Positions 32,826 to 43,700 of a stretch of DNA of 64,000 bases are shown here, in pieces. The stretch covers positions 1 through 64,000 of IMG/VR virus record IMGVR_UViG_3300032770_000001, one strand, 5' to 3'. The first letter of the stretch is position 1. Every line of letters begins with the position of its first letter. The notes under the pieces were generated by a model. The model saw nothing but the letters and a program-made list of their open reading frames with translations. It did not search any database and was not told the DNA's origin. The position numbers and the translations under genes are program-made.

Positions 32826-33659
32826 TTACACTCCGGAATAATTATTTCGTGGTCGCCCCTCACCCAGTCTGACACGTTCGTACTTGTCAAACTCGCAGAG
32901 GCAGTTTTGAAGGTCTTGAGCCGACAGCTTCGGATATTTGAAGTCCAGTTCTACGTAAGGACTGATGAGGGCTTTCAACTTCAGCAACTCTACCCGCCAT
33001 TCGCTATCATCCCAGCGGTAGTCTACCGGACGATTCGTAACGCGAGCAAGCCCACGACGGCTGCCCGGTCCGGGAACGGCGAACTCCCACCAGTCAAGGC
33101 ATCGCTCCAACCAAGGCGTGAACTTCGCGTCGGCTATGATCTGCCCGGAGATGAATTCACCCATACCATTGAACTGCGTCAGCCAATGGTGGATGGCGTG
33201 GAGGCTGCTGGAGTAACCGTTGATCTCATCCCTATGTTCGTAGAGTGGATCGAGAACTTTTTGAGCCAGATATTGCGCTTTGGAAGGGAATCCCTTCTTG
33301 GCGGGAACGATGTAAACGCCAGTGAACGCTTTCTGGTGGTCAGCAACCAGAGAGTCAATCACATCGATGAAATTTTTCGGATTCCACGGTATCGGATAGC
33401 CCATGCGTTCCAACGTCGGAGGCCAATTCACGAGGCGTGCGACCGCCATTGCAAACCAGACATCGGAATCGTACTTGTGCGGTTCGCGCCACTCGTTGGC
33501 AATCCACTGCGTCACCTTGTCGAGTTCGCGGTAGACGTTGCAGAAGCGATAGTCACGAAGGATCGGATCAGTCGTCCAAGGCTTCGGTTGTCCATCTGCT
33601 TTACGCAGGTAGATAGCGTGGCGTTCTTTGATCCAATTTGCGAGGGCTTCGACTCTCAT
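32826..33659 (-). CDS. 5-hmdU DNA kinase helical-domain / aGPT-PPase family protein (thymidine hypermodification)
   Basis: WIKERHAIY.RK..G..KPWTTDPIL..YRFCNVYRELD; PGPGS.RGL; DLQNCLCEFDKY.R. Confidence 0.85.
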   Translation of the reverse strand: MRVEALANWIKERHAIYLRKADGQPKPWTTDPILRDYRFCNVYRELDKVTQWIANEWREPHKYDSDVWFAMAVARLVNWPPTLERMGYPIPWNPKNFIDVIDSLVADHQKAFTGVYIVPAKKGFPSKAQYLAQKVLDPLYEHRDEINGYSSSLHAIHHWLTQFNGMGEFISGQIIADAKFTPWLERCLDWWEFAVPGPGSRRGLARVTNRPVDYRWDDSEWRVELLKLKALISPYVELDFKYPKLSAQDLQNCLCEFDKYERVRLGEGRPRNNYSGV

Positions 33660-34192
33660 AGCAGTTTGTAAGAAACAGTCGCTCCACCGTTGGTGCGGCT
33701 CCCGCCGATATACTCCGCTCGGAGAATCGGCTTCACGCTTTTGTATTTCAGATTCGTTTTGCCCGTTTCCACATAATACCGCAGACGAGCCTCGATCTCC
33801 GGGATGTGGGCTTTGCGAAATTTGAAAGTGCCATCGACCGGGGATTCCGGATTGTTATCATCGGAGATTGAAAAACCAACTTCGCAACCGAGATGACCGA
33901 CCAATCCTCGCAGGAAACGAAACATGAAATTCGCCAGTTTCTCTCCGTATGGGTCATGGGGAACGTAGAACATCACGTGACCACGATTGCGAAAATTTGC
34001 GCTTAGTGTGTCGAACCCCTTGAGTTTAGTTAAATCTGGATCAGGATCGCCCTGACAACTGCTGGTGGTTACGACACCGAGATCATTGAGCAAACGCACG
34101 ATGCCGACGACTTCAACATCGATCTCTGCACCGGGGAGTCCCGCTTCGTTTAAGAGTTCTGGAATAACAACAGAGGGATGATCTACTCGCAT
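33656..34192 (-). CDS. Tyw3-like (T.SSC.G motif) protein, paralog 2
   Basis: IDVEVVGIVRLLNDLGVVTTSSCQG...GHVMF. Confidence 0.5.
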   Translation of the reverse strand: MRVDHPSVVIPELLNEAGLPGAEIDVEVVGIVRLLNDLGVVTTSSCQGDPDPDLTKLKGFDTLSANFRNRGHVMFYVPHDPYGEKLANFMFRFLRGLVGHLGCEVGFSISDDNNPESPVDGTFKFRKAHIPEIEARLRYYVETGKTNLKYKSVKPILRAEYIGGSRTNGGATVSYKLL

Positions 34193-34193
34193 T

Positions 34194-34376
34194 TCAAGAG
34201 TGTAGCATAGCGAGTATCGCCAAGCCAACACCGATTGAAAGACCAGTTGCAATTGCAAGAAGACGAATCTGCAAACGACCGTGGTTTGCGTATCGACGCA
34301 TCGCCTTGAAGTATTTCTCCCAGTGTTCTGGAGGAGAGTTGGGGAGGGGCATTAACGGTGGAATTGGGATTCCCAT
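34194..34376 (-). CDS. small C-terminally anchored membrane protein
   Basis: hydrophobic C-terminus. Confidence 0.5.
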   Translation of the reverse strand: MGIPIPPLMPLPNSPPEHWEKYFKAMRRYANHGRLQIRLLAIATGLSIGVGLAILAMLHS

Positions 34377-34567
34377 TAGACCTCTTCAGCGTGACCAGTT
34401 CGAGCGGCGGTCACATCATTCAAACGGCGTCTCAGTTCGTCCGCCTCTTTTTCCTTGCGGCGGCGTTCGCTTTCCTCACGAAGAAGATCAAGCTCTTCCT
34501 GCGTGCAAATGATGCTTTGATCTGGATCGACTTTGCTCGGATTGCCGAATTTCTTAAAGAACGACAT
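34376..34567 (-). CDS. hypothetical protein
   Basis: coupled ORF. Confidence 0.5.
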   Translation of the reverse strand: MSFFKKFGNPSKVDPDQSIICTQEELDLLREESERRRKEKEADELRRRLNDVTAARTGHAEEV

Positions 34568-34805
34568 GGCTGAAACCTAAGACCTCGACTTCATTCTGAA
34601 GACTATTGTCTTTCTGGAAGACAGCACCGAAACACCAGATGTCACCATTCTCCAAGATAGTCCATTCTTGGCAGAGCTTCAGTGTTCTGCTCATGACCTT
34701 CTTCGGCATCTTGATTGTATCGACGGCGAAACCAGTGTTGTGAAGCGCCGTGAACCAATTGAGCACGTCATCCAAAGTGATCGGAAATTTGACGGGAATA
34801 CGCAT
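34554..34805 (-). CDS. hypothetical protein
   Basis: TAATG coupling. Confidence 0.5.
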   Translation of the reverse strand: MRIPVKFPITLDDVLNWFTALHNTGFAVDTIKMPKKVMSRTLKLCQEWTILENGDIWCFGAVFQKDNSLQNEVEVLGFSHVVL

Positions 34806-34999
34806 TAAGAAATCAACCCCGTCTTCAGAATGCCTTCACGGTAAGCATCCATCATGTTCATCATCGCCCAAACCGGAACGGGAATTGGTTCGTGCTTTTC
34901 GTCCACGAACTTCACGTTGCCGTTCTCGTCTTTCTTGAATTGCCCGACAACGACATACTGATTGCCTTCCGTCAACAACCATTCTTCGGCAGTGTACAT
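34805..34999 (-). CDS. hypothetical protein
   Basis: GGAGG SD. Confidence 0.55.
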   Translation of the reverse strand: MYTAEEWLLTEGNQYVVVGQFKKDENGNVKFVDEKHEPIPVPVWAMMNMMDAYREGILKTGLIS

Positions 35000-35009
35000 A
35001 AAACCTCCG

Positions 35010-35639
35010 TTAGAAACCGAGCACCCAGCTAATGATGACGTTGACGCCGGAAGGTAGAACCAGCGGCGGCAGCGTGTAGTAGTTGATGAGCACAACCGAG
35101 TTCGCCGGGCCGGGAGGAATCGCAGCCGGATTGAAATACGGAGCCGTCAGCATATTGGTTTCAGTGCTTGGCGGGTTGCTGCCGTAAGTGCCGCCGCCAA
35201 TCAAACCCATCTCGCGGATGCCTTGCGTGATATTGTCAGTCGTGGCGTTGATAGTGGTCTGGAAATTGACCATGGTCGAGAGCGTAGTCAGCGGATTCTG
35301 GTTGCTGTCAACAAAATTGATCTTGGAAACCTGCTTGCGCAGGAACTCGGAAAAAAGTGCAGTCTGCACTGGAGTAGGGTCGGGCTGAGTTTCTGGTGCC
35401 CATGTGTTTAGTCCGGCACCGAGCGCCAGTCCCCAGACTCCGTACAGAGGATCATGTCCTTGCAAGTAAGGCGGATTTGGGTCAGTTGGAAACACGTTCG
35501 CCATCAATCGGGCAAAGAGCCACTTCGACACGTTCACGATGACGTTGTGTCCCTCGTGCAGGACTTCTCCGTTGTCCTCACGGTAAATCTTGACGTTCAC
35601 TTCCTTCACGATTTGTCCGAACTCATCGTATAAACGCAT
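35010..35639 (-). CDS. tail-collar / baseplate-associated structural protein
   Basis: HNVIVN...LA.G.G...ALFSE..RK...IREMGL.GG pattern. Confidence 0.65.
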   Translation of the reverse strand: MRLYDEFGQIVKEVNVKIYREDNGEVLHEGHNVIVNVSKWLFARLMANVFPTDPNPPYLQGHDPLYGVWGLALGAGLNTWAPETQPDPTPVQTALFSEFLRKQVSKINFVDSNQNPLTTLSTMVNFQTTINATTDNITQGIREMGLIGGGTYGSNPPSTETNMLTAPYFNPAAIPPGPANSVVLINYYTLPPLVLPSGVNVIISWVLGF

Positions 35640-35779
35640 CAGTCTTTATCCCTTCCGAATGTACAAGTTGCAGCGATCCAACGTGAACCAAATGAGCAAA
35701 AGAAACAGGATGCCTGCATCCAACCTGTCACCGCGAGTCCACGGTTGCCACGGCGCTTGTACCGATGACCACCAGTTTA

Positions 35780-36031
35780 TCAAGCCCATGCCTGCCACTC
35801 TTTGGCTCTAATATGCTCCAAGATAGTCCCCAAACGCATTTTCACGCCCGAAGACTTGACCTTGTCCGAATACTCGCCGAGCACTTGACGGATCATCAAA
35901 TGGGCAAGCACGCCTTCTTCCGCCAGAATGACTCGGTCACCGACTTCGAAGTGCTCGCCGTTGCGAGCTTCTGACTCCAGCCAATACACCAAATCGGCGT
36001 TAGAGTGTTGTAAGACTACCTGCGTCAGCAT
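35780..36031 (-). CDS. hypothetical protein
   Basis: ORF in operon. Confidence 0.45.
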   Translation of the reverse strand: MLTQVVLQHSNADLVYWLESEARNGEHFEVGDRVILAEEGVLAHLMIRQVLGEYSDKVKSSGVKMRLGTILEHIRAKEWQAWA

Positions 36032-37064
36032 TTTGACCCTCTTCCTGTTTAATACCGGGCTCTTCCTGAACTTCCGGTGACTCCTCTGGAACCTCTGGCA
36101 TTTGCTCTTCGCGAATATTGCGCCAGCGATAGCGGGGGGTAGGAATAGGATAGTTCAGACGACGCAGTGTGTAAATAGGGGGACGGGTCGGGAAAATCGC
36201 CGAACGCCCATCGATAAACTTGACCAGATAATCCCCGGACTCACCGCGATACAAAGCCATGTCCGGACCTGCCATTGCTTCCGGTACGTACTTGCGACCA
36301 TCGACGGTCACCAGAGATGGGGTGCCGGAAATCGACGTGTACTTCATTTCCTGTTCATCGTTGAACTGTACCGGAGCCGTGAATTCGACCGATGCTGTGC
36401 GCCCTTTGAGCAGTTGGTTCTTGAATTTGCCGATGGGAACTGTGCCCGTAGGACGCCCGGTCTGATCGAAAACCAGCACGTACATCGGACGAGGCTGATT
36501 CTTAATCGTCTTGCCGCGATACTCGCGGATCAGGCGAGCCACGTCATTGGTGGTCGTCTTCCCCGGCTTCTCATAGGTCAATTCGAGGCGTTTGTACGGT
36601 GGGCTCTTGCGGATCGTCTTCCCGGACGCGGCGGTCACAACCTTGTCCTGCGTCTCATTAACAAAACCCTGCGGAATGTTGAAAGTGCCCTCGAAGACCT
36701 TCACAAAATCGTCTTCAGTCAGATCGTCATGCTGCTTATCCGAATCCGCTTCATTAGACATACCACGGAAGCAAGTGAGGATCGTGGCGTAGGTCTGAAC
36801 GATGACTTCGTGCTCATAGCCCATCGTAATCATGAACGCCGACATTTCGTCGCACAGGGCATGGAGAGCCTCGGCGATCAGTTCCGACATGGTCGCGGGT
36901 TGTTCCTCAACCAGCGGTAAGGTGATAGAAAACACAGTAAAATTGGGAATTCCGAGGTCAATGCTGATGTTGACACGTGGGTTGTTGTCCCGGATAACCG
37001 TGATTTCCAGATTGCCTTGCGGCGGCGAGATGTATCCCAATTTTACTGTGTCGTTTTCGTTCAT
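36000..37064 (-). CDS. hypothetical protein
   Basis: long ORF, AAGGA SD. Confidence 0.7.
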   Translation of the reverse strand: MNENDTVKLGYISPPQGNLEITVIRDNNPRVNISIDLGIPNFTVFSITLPLVEEQPATMSELIAEALHALCDEMSAFMITMGYEHEVIVQTYATILTCFRGMSNEADSDKQHDDLTEDDFVKVFEGTFNIPQGFVNETQDKVVTAASGKTIRKSPPYKRLELTYEKPGKTTTNDVARLIREYRGKTIKNQPRPMYVLVFDQTGRPTGTVPIGKFKNQLLKGRTASVEFTAPVQFNDEQEMKYTSISGTPSLVTVDGRKYVPEAMAGPDMALYRGESGDYLVKFIDGRSAIFPTRPPIYTLRRLNYPIPTPRYRWRNIREEQMPEVPEESPEVQEEPGIKQEEGQNADAGSLTTL

Positions 37065-37071
37065 GCTTTCC

Positions 37072-37683
37072 TTATGCGTGGAAGAATGAAGCAATCACCA
37101 TCCCGTTCCAAACGCCCTTACCGTTCGAGACGGACCACGAGGAATTGCTGATGCTGCCACTTGAAGACTGAACCTGCCATCCATCCTGAATGGTCACGTC
37201 AAAGCCCTCAATATTTACTTCTGCGTTTTTGCCAGCCGTCCACCCAGACCCAACGGAGATGGTCGGATATGTCGGGTTGTCCGCATAGTTGTCCATGCTA
37301 GAGAAAACCAATTCCCCACTTGCGGTTGTTGTGATCGAAACTGAAGAACCGTAACCACCCGCAGCCTTGTCCAAGGCCCCGGTCGTTTTCAACCCGCTAA
37401 ACTCGTAAATCGAGATGGTGTTCGGGTCATCACTGCCCGTAAATTCGACAGTATTTGCACCGCCAGCACAATTCATTGCGTAAAACAGGATGACTGCTGT
37501 CCCGTCTACGCTCGAAGTACAAGCGAGGTTCCACGTATTTCCCTGCGTGTCAACAGGCACTTGGTCATACGTATCTTCGTTATCAATAACACAGATGAGA
37601 AGGTTCCCGGCTGTGTTATTGCTGGGGAAGGCGAGTGTGTTGTGGTTAGTGTTTACGGCTGATTGTACGAGCGAAATGGACAT
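37072..37683 (-). CDS. beta-rich putative virion/decoration protein
   Basis: Ser/Thr/Gly-rich; F.SNNTAGNLL...D..GNTW motif. Confidence 0.6.
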   Translation of the reverse strand: MSISLVQSAVNTNHNTLAFPSNNTAGNLLICVIDNEDTYDQVPVDTQGNTWNLACTSSVDGTAVILFYAMNCAGGANTVEFTGSDDPNTISIYEFSGLKTTGALDKAAGGYGSSVSITTTASGELVFSSMDNYADNPTYPTISVGSGWTAGKNAEVNIEGFDVTIQDGWQVQSSSGSISNSSWSVSNGKGVWNGMVIASFFHA

Positions 37684-38393
37684 TATTGAGTCCCTCCTAC
37701 TAAAGAAATTGAGTAGTCGGGGGACTGACATAGAGGACAATTTTGACTTTTGATTCTACGATTTACGTGCCATCTAGTATGTTGTCCTTTGACGGCGGCT
37801 TGTCGGAGAATGGGTGTCAATTCGGGTGGGTGGGTTTTACCGTAGAACGGGTTCTTTTCTCCACTAACTCGATCAGAAATTGCTTGCCGCCAACTATCAT
37901 CCATGAAAGCACGATTAACTTTTGCGTCACGCCGTTTCGTTGACCAAGGCTTTCCGATATGAGAATCAGAAAGGATTTTTCTGACTTCTTCTGAAACAGG
38001 CGGTTTAGGGCGTCCTTTCATTGCCAACGACTGTTTGCGTCTTTGTTCTTTTGATAGGGAATGCCCTGCTCGACTCTCAGCAGAGGGAAGAACATTGTAA
38101 CCATTTTCACGTCGATAAGGTTGAATGTCATTTAACCAGAGTTGTTCTCGAAGCATCAGCCAAATACGATCCGGGACTTCTTCAAGAACGAAAAAATCAA
38201 AAGCGACTTCTCCATATTTATTCCACGCAGCCTGTAGTATCGGGTTCGTATGAGTGCCGACACGAAGACGATGTACGTGACGAATCCAACGTCGCTTGAT
38301 GTCTACGGCTGAACCTATGTACAACTTTCCATTCGTGACATTCAAAATCGCATAGATGCCAGAAACTCCGTATTGTAAACCCAAGTAATTCAT
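37683..38393 (-). CDS. GIY-YIG homing endonuclease with NUMOD3-like repeats
   Basis: SGIYAI.N..NGKLYIGSA.DI..RW..H...E......GYN; GEKNPFYGK.H. Confidence 0.9.
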   Translation of the reverse strand: MNYLGLQYGVSGIYAILNVTNGKLYIGSAVDIKRRWIRHVHRLRVGTHTNPILQAAWNKYGEVAFDFFVLEEVPDRIWLMLREQLWLNDIQPYRRENGYNVLPSAESRAGHSLSKEQRRKQSLAMKGRPKPPVSEEVRKILSDSHIGKPWSTKRRDAKVNRAFMDDSWRQAISDRVSGEKNPFYGKTHPPELTPILRQAAVKGQHTRWHVNRRIKSQNCPLCQSPDYSISLVGGTQ

Positions 38394-38397
38394 GCTC

Positions 38398-40740
38398 TTA
38401 TGTTAATCCAAATACAGAGAGTTCGTCACCACCGGAAATCTCCCACACAGCGTCAAGTCGGGGCGATACAAGCCCAGCCGGATGCGTCGAATCCCAGCCC
38501 GCCACTTCACCTGTCGGCAAACTTGTCACCCTATCGACGATCTGTACCCACTGCGATGGAATCGTAAATGTTGGGGTTGGCGGCATGTTCGCAGGGTTCG
38601 GCGTAGCAATAAGCGGCGGTGCCTGAAGTAGCACATACTGCCCAAATGAAAGCTGGTATGCCGATGAGAGTGTCGGAGCGACATTTCCAAATCCAGACTG
38701 AGGCGTATCCGACAACGCCAGTGTATTCGAAATCTGGAATGTTCCTCCGGAACTCACCACACTCCATGAACTGGGACTCGTGGCGGGTGGTTGGTTAAGG
38801 CTTGTAACCAAAGCTATGTAAAGCAGTCCGTTCGAGGCGGTGACAATTTGTCCCTGCGTATAGGTCACGGTTGCATTCCACGGTGCTGGAGGAGCAACTA
38901 CTTTGATTCGAGCAGTGCCGTTCAACGCGCCCGTACAGCCTGTGATTGTAACCAACTCACCATCATGCAACTGAAGCTCAGGTGGTACTAGCGTGCCGCC
39001 GATGCCGCCTTGCAGGGCGGTATAGGTGTAGGTCGCGTTGTTGCCATCAGACACGGTGTTCGTGACCGTGAACTGAATCAACGGAAGGTTTGCCCATCCA
39101 GTAGGTGACAGCGTTGGCGATAGCTGTTGACCCCACGCCGACAGCGTTGTAGTCGGATTGATGGGGTTAAGCACGGGAGCCTGAATCAACATCTGCTGGA
39201 ATGGCGGCTGCTCGATCTGTTCAATGATGATCGTTAACGTGTCCTGAATGCCTGTGCCTGTGCAGTTTGAGTTCAACCACTGTTTCTGATACAGGGGCTT
39301 AAGCTGTGACGGTAACGCATCGTACTCATCAACGGTCAACGCGGGTGCCGGAGTATACGCCACAGTGCCCTGCGTCTCAGCAGTGGATGGGTATGTAGTC
39401 ACGGTGATAGTGCCCGAATCGGGAGTTCCCACATAAAGAGCGTGAGTAAAGTTGGCGGTAAACTGTGTCGAGGACAACCCACTGGGGAGTACAGTTACCG
39501 TTTGCCCGTTCAGGAAAGTCGCGGTCTGCATGTTTGAAAACGTGACTGTCATTCCTGCCACGAAGTCATTGTCAGCCGTCACAGTCAATACGTTTGAACC
39601 GTCAATGGCAATTTCGGAAATGACCGCCTGATCGGTATAACTCGCCGTGAACTGTGTTGGCGATACTGTGAGTACGGTTGCCTGCTTACGGATCGGCAGC
39701 ACACTATTCAACCATGTCGCGTTGCCGAGATTGACGAAGATGACTTTCTGACCCGGCAACAGAGTCGTAACGGCGTCCGCTGTTATTACGCCGCCAGCAT
39801 ACGAGATGTTGGTAACCGGAGGAGAAATGTTCTCGTAGGTAACGTTGTGGTCGATGGTGATCGCTCCAGACGTGAAGCTCCAACCGGGTACGGACGAACC
39901 GGACGTGCCGTCGCCCTGAACGGCAGTGACCAACTGGAGATTGCCATTTGAATCCACCAGAAACAGATCGACGAGATACTGAGTGTTTTTCTTCCAGAAC
40001 AGCGGCGGGTTAATCAGCACGTAGCCGTTCAGCGTGTAATACGCTTGCTGTGTGGGTGGGATGACTTGGTAGCCCTGATCTGTTAAATAGGTCGGACTAA
40101 GTAAGCAGTCGAGGTTATCGTCAGTGCCGAAAACGGTCGTGAACTCCAACCCCACGTGCGCGGGCTTGGCGAGATCGATGGCACCGTACAAACTCTGGGT
40201 GATCTGTTGCAATTGGTTCAAACTGGTGATGTCTTGCAGCGGGTTATTACCACCGATGTTGACCGAGACCTTGATAGCGTTGCGGTCGGACTGATCGTAA
40301 AATGTTCCGATCTGTTTGTAGAGTTCCTCGACCACGATTTGTTTGCCTGTGTAGGCTTCGATCACGTCCTGAATCGCCTGAACCGTACCGCCCTGACGAT
40401 ACGCAGCGATTAAATCCACCAGCATGGTCTGAAAATCGTTGTCGAACTGCGTCGGCGAAGGCCAATTGTTCGATACATAGAGCGGGTCGGCCCAACGGCG
40501 ACGGATGTCAGGCGGCGTCAGGAAAGCCGGATTCTTGTTGACCAGATCGTAAGCGTAGAAATACTCGAAGCGAGCGAGTTCTATCGCAACGGCTCGCAGG
40601 ATGTTACCCCACGTGCTCTGATCGTTGGCGGTCAGGTAGAAATTCGCCACGCCCTGAATCAATGAGTTAAGACGGGCGTCTTCATAAATCAGGAGGTCTT
40701 CGCGTGTCCGCTGATATAGCTCATCGGGAGGAATCGTCAT
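38398..40740 (-). CDS. baseplate/tail protein (780 aa)
   Basis: follows baseplate J-like gene; LAKPAHV motif typical of P2 gpI-like wedge proteins. Confidence 0.65.
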   Translation of the reverse strand: MTIPPDELYQRTREDLLIYEDARLNSLIQGVANFYLTANDQSTWGNILRAVAIELARFEYFYAYDLVNKNPAFLTPPDIRRRWADPLYVSNNWPSPTQFDNDFQTMLVDLIAAYRQGGTVQAIQDVIEAYTGKQIVVEELYKQIGTFYDQSDRNAIKVSVNIGGNNPLQDITSLNQLQQITQSLYGAIDLAKPAHVGLEFTTVFGTDDNLDCLLSPTYLTDQGYQVIPPTQQAYYTLNGYVLINPPLFWKKNTQYLVDLFLVDSNGNLQLVTAVQGDGTSGSSVPGWSFTSGAITIDHNVTYENISPPVTNISYAGGVITADAVTTLLPGQKVIFVNLGNATWLNSVLPIRKQATVLTVSPTQFTASYTDQAVISEIAIDGSNVLTVTADNDFVAGMTVTFSNMQTATFLNGQTVTVLPSGLSSTQFTANFTHALYVGTPDSGTITVTTYPSTAETQGTVAYTPAPALTVDEYDALPSQLKPLYQKQWLNSNCTGTGIQDTLTIIIEQIEQPPFQQMLIQAPVLNPINPTTTLSAWGQQLSPTLSPTGWANLPLIQFTVTNTVSDGNNATYTYTALQGGIGGTLVPPELQLHDGELVTITGCTGALNGTARIKVVAPPAPWNATVTYTQGQIVTASNGLLYIALVTSLNQPPATSPSSWSVVSSGGTFQISNTLALSDTPQSGFGNVAPTLSSAYQLSFGQYVLLQAPPLIATPNPANMPPTPTFTIPSQWVQIVDRVTSLPTGEVAGWDSTHPAGLVSPRLDAVWEISGGDELSVFGLT

Positions 40741-40742
40741 GA

Positions 40743-43700
40743 TTAGCTCCCCTGAATGTAGCTGATGGTGATCTTCCCGGTCGTCAGATATTCCGTAGAC
40801 GATACGGTGATGTCCTTAGTTCCGGTTTCATCGAATACCTGATAGGTGCAGAAGTAAGACAGAAGGCCGGGGCTGGCAACATCGTTCGGAATTACGATGG
40901 CGATGCGTTGGTCGTAATTGGAGCCCAACGGAGTGGTCGAATTGATCTCGTCATTGACACCGAAGATGTAGAACGAACCCGGCGTTTGCGTACTTGCAAT
41001 CGAGGTTGCAGCCGGGGAATTGGTCAGGAAGTCCTGCACGGAAGACGCACGGCGGAATTGCTGACCTTGATACAGCAGTGAAACCACGGCGTTTGATTCA
41101 CCACCCGATGGAATCGTGGTGTCCGGCAGGACAGCCACGGTCGTAATGAAGCTGTTGGCTGGCAAACCATTTACACCCAGCGGGGCAAATGCGGGGTCTT
41201 GAATCAGCGGCATCCACGCCGTTCCAGTGGGAATGACTACGCCGATGTCGTAAGAAGCATCGGATTTCGCCATCTTGAGGAATGGGACTTCCACACTCTG
41301 AACACCGTTGACCGCCTGAATCGCGGCGATAACGGTAGACTGATCGAGTGTGCCGCTCGCATTGTCGAACACGATGCTGATAGCGGTACGGATATTCTGA
41401 TCCACCACATCTGCCGAGGCGTTAGCCTGCAATGTAACCGCGATGGTCAGATCGACCGGACTCGCAACCATTGCTTTGACCAGTACGTCGGCTGCTGCGG
41501 CTTTAGTCTGATTGATCTGGTTGACGAGAATCTGTACGAACGCCGGATAAAGTGTGGAGATCGTGAACGTCTCCACTGTAAAGTAGGAAACGATGACGGT
41601 GCCGCCGTTGGCGATTGAGCCCGTCGCGATACGCGCCAAATTCCACGCTCCGGTTGCGTCCTGCGTAAGAGTGAAATCGAGATTCTCACGCATTACCTTG
41701 CCGTTGAAAGTGACTTTGATGTAACGGTTCTGAATCGGAATCAGAGCGCCAACGAGACCCGTAGAGCCCGTGACATCCAGACCGCCATCAGTAGTGTTGT
41801 ACTGTCCATCCCAACCATCGAGCGTGAGAGCCGTTCCCAGCACGGTGCCGCCAGCCGAATTGGGGATCAATTGGTTCAGATAACTCTGCGGCAACCACGT
41901 GTTGTGTACGAAACCGAAAGCGTTGTCCAGCGGCGTCGGCAGCGTGCCTGTGAGCACTTGTGTCTCATCAGAGATGAACTGCAAACGTTCATAGACCACG
42001 AACTTGTTGTAGCTGACGAGCACGTTTTGGTTGTTCTGAATTGCGGAACCCGTTGCTATGCCTGTATCCGATGTCGGGCCGTAGTTGGCGTGAGTAAAGA
42101 CTGCCGTAAATTGTGTCGGTGACGCGGTTGCAATCGTGACGACTTGGTTGTTGAGGAATGTCGCGGTTGTTAACCCAGTCAGCGTAATCGGGGCTCCCTG
42201 CCCGAAGACGTTATTGCACGTGACCGTCAGCACATTGTTCAAGATGGCAATTTGCGTGATCGTCACCGACGAGGTCAAGACATTCAGACCGTATGCATGA
42301 TACGGGCCGAGAACTACGATGTTGTAGTCCACACCGAACTGGTAAAGCGTCGATTGATCGGTGCTGCGAACTGAGAGAACGTTTTGCGGAACGCCGTTCA
42401 AGTCGGTCGGCACGAGCATTGCCGTATCGATCTGTACCGGATTCGCCAACAGAGCCGTGATCGTGGATGTAGTGGGCACCGTAGAAGTGGTTGAAACTTC
42501 CACCACATCACCTGCGTTCTGCGATCCGCCCTCAAGCAAGAAATCGGACGTGTGGATCAACTCAATAAGAGAAGAATCCACGTTACCCGTCTCACCGCTT
42601 TCGCCCGTCACCGAAGATATCGAAATGATCGGCTGTAACGATGGGGTTTCGCTCAGCGGTGTCTGTTCGCGAGCAATCAGAGAAATTGTGTAAGTACCAG
42701 CCGATACGCCAATGATCGTAGCCACAGCCTGCAAGTTCGTGGCTGCGGTGGTCTGCTGGTTAAGGACGTAAGGAACCTTCGCCTGCGTAATGTTTGAACC
42801 GACGTACACGTAGGCCAGATCATTCGGATTGACCAGAATGTTGCCGTTCACGTTGTCGAATTGTGCACGCTCCAAACCGAGGTAGAACGTGTTGGTGCCG
42901 CGAGAGATCGCCAACTCCACCGCCGAGTACAAATTGGCTGGCAGGCTGCTGAAATTGTTGACTGTGAAACGGATAATGCGCGGGTCACTGAGTGTAAGCT
43001 GAAGATACGTGGCCTGCTGACCATAATTTCCGGTCACGCCGTATTCGAATGGAACTTGGCTGTCCTGCTGAGAGAACTGAGTGCCGCGAGTGTAGATGTC
43101 TACCGTACCGAAAACGTGTTTCTGACGGATCGGGTCCCAATCACGGAGCATGTCTACATCACCCGCCGCCACAACCTGCACGGCGATGATGCCCGGTGTT
43201 GCCAATGCGGTACCCTCGTAACCATGACGAGTTCCGGTGTCCACGCCCGTGACATTCTTAAGCTGAATGCGAGCCGCGAACGAAGAGTTGCTCTCGATAT
43301 CCGTACCGAAAGCGAATGCCGTGGTATTGGTGACGTTAACGCCAGCAGGAAGACCATTGACCACCTGACGGATGGTTCCAGCCCCCACATTGCCAATCGA
43401 GCCTGCGGTGGAACATTCTGCTGGTACGGTAATTGCCCACCAGCCCTGTACTGGGTTGTAGAAGGATGCCAGATTCGCAACGTCGAGAACCGCCGAGCCA
43501 CGAGTCAGGAAATTCAAAGCCGGAGTGTTGGCGTCCGCAACAGTGGCTACTGTGGCGTTCTCCGGAATCACGATATCAGCCGTAGGAGGCGTGTACACGT
43601 AGAAGGTCAGGATGCCCGTAGCTGTAGTGGCCCCATTACGAGTCAACCCAGCCGCCTCACCCAGCAGGTTGAATTGCGTGTCGATCAAATTCTGCGTGTT

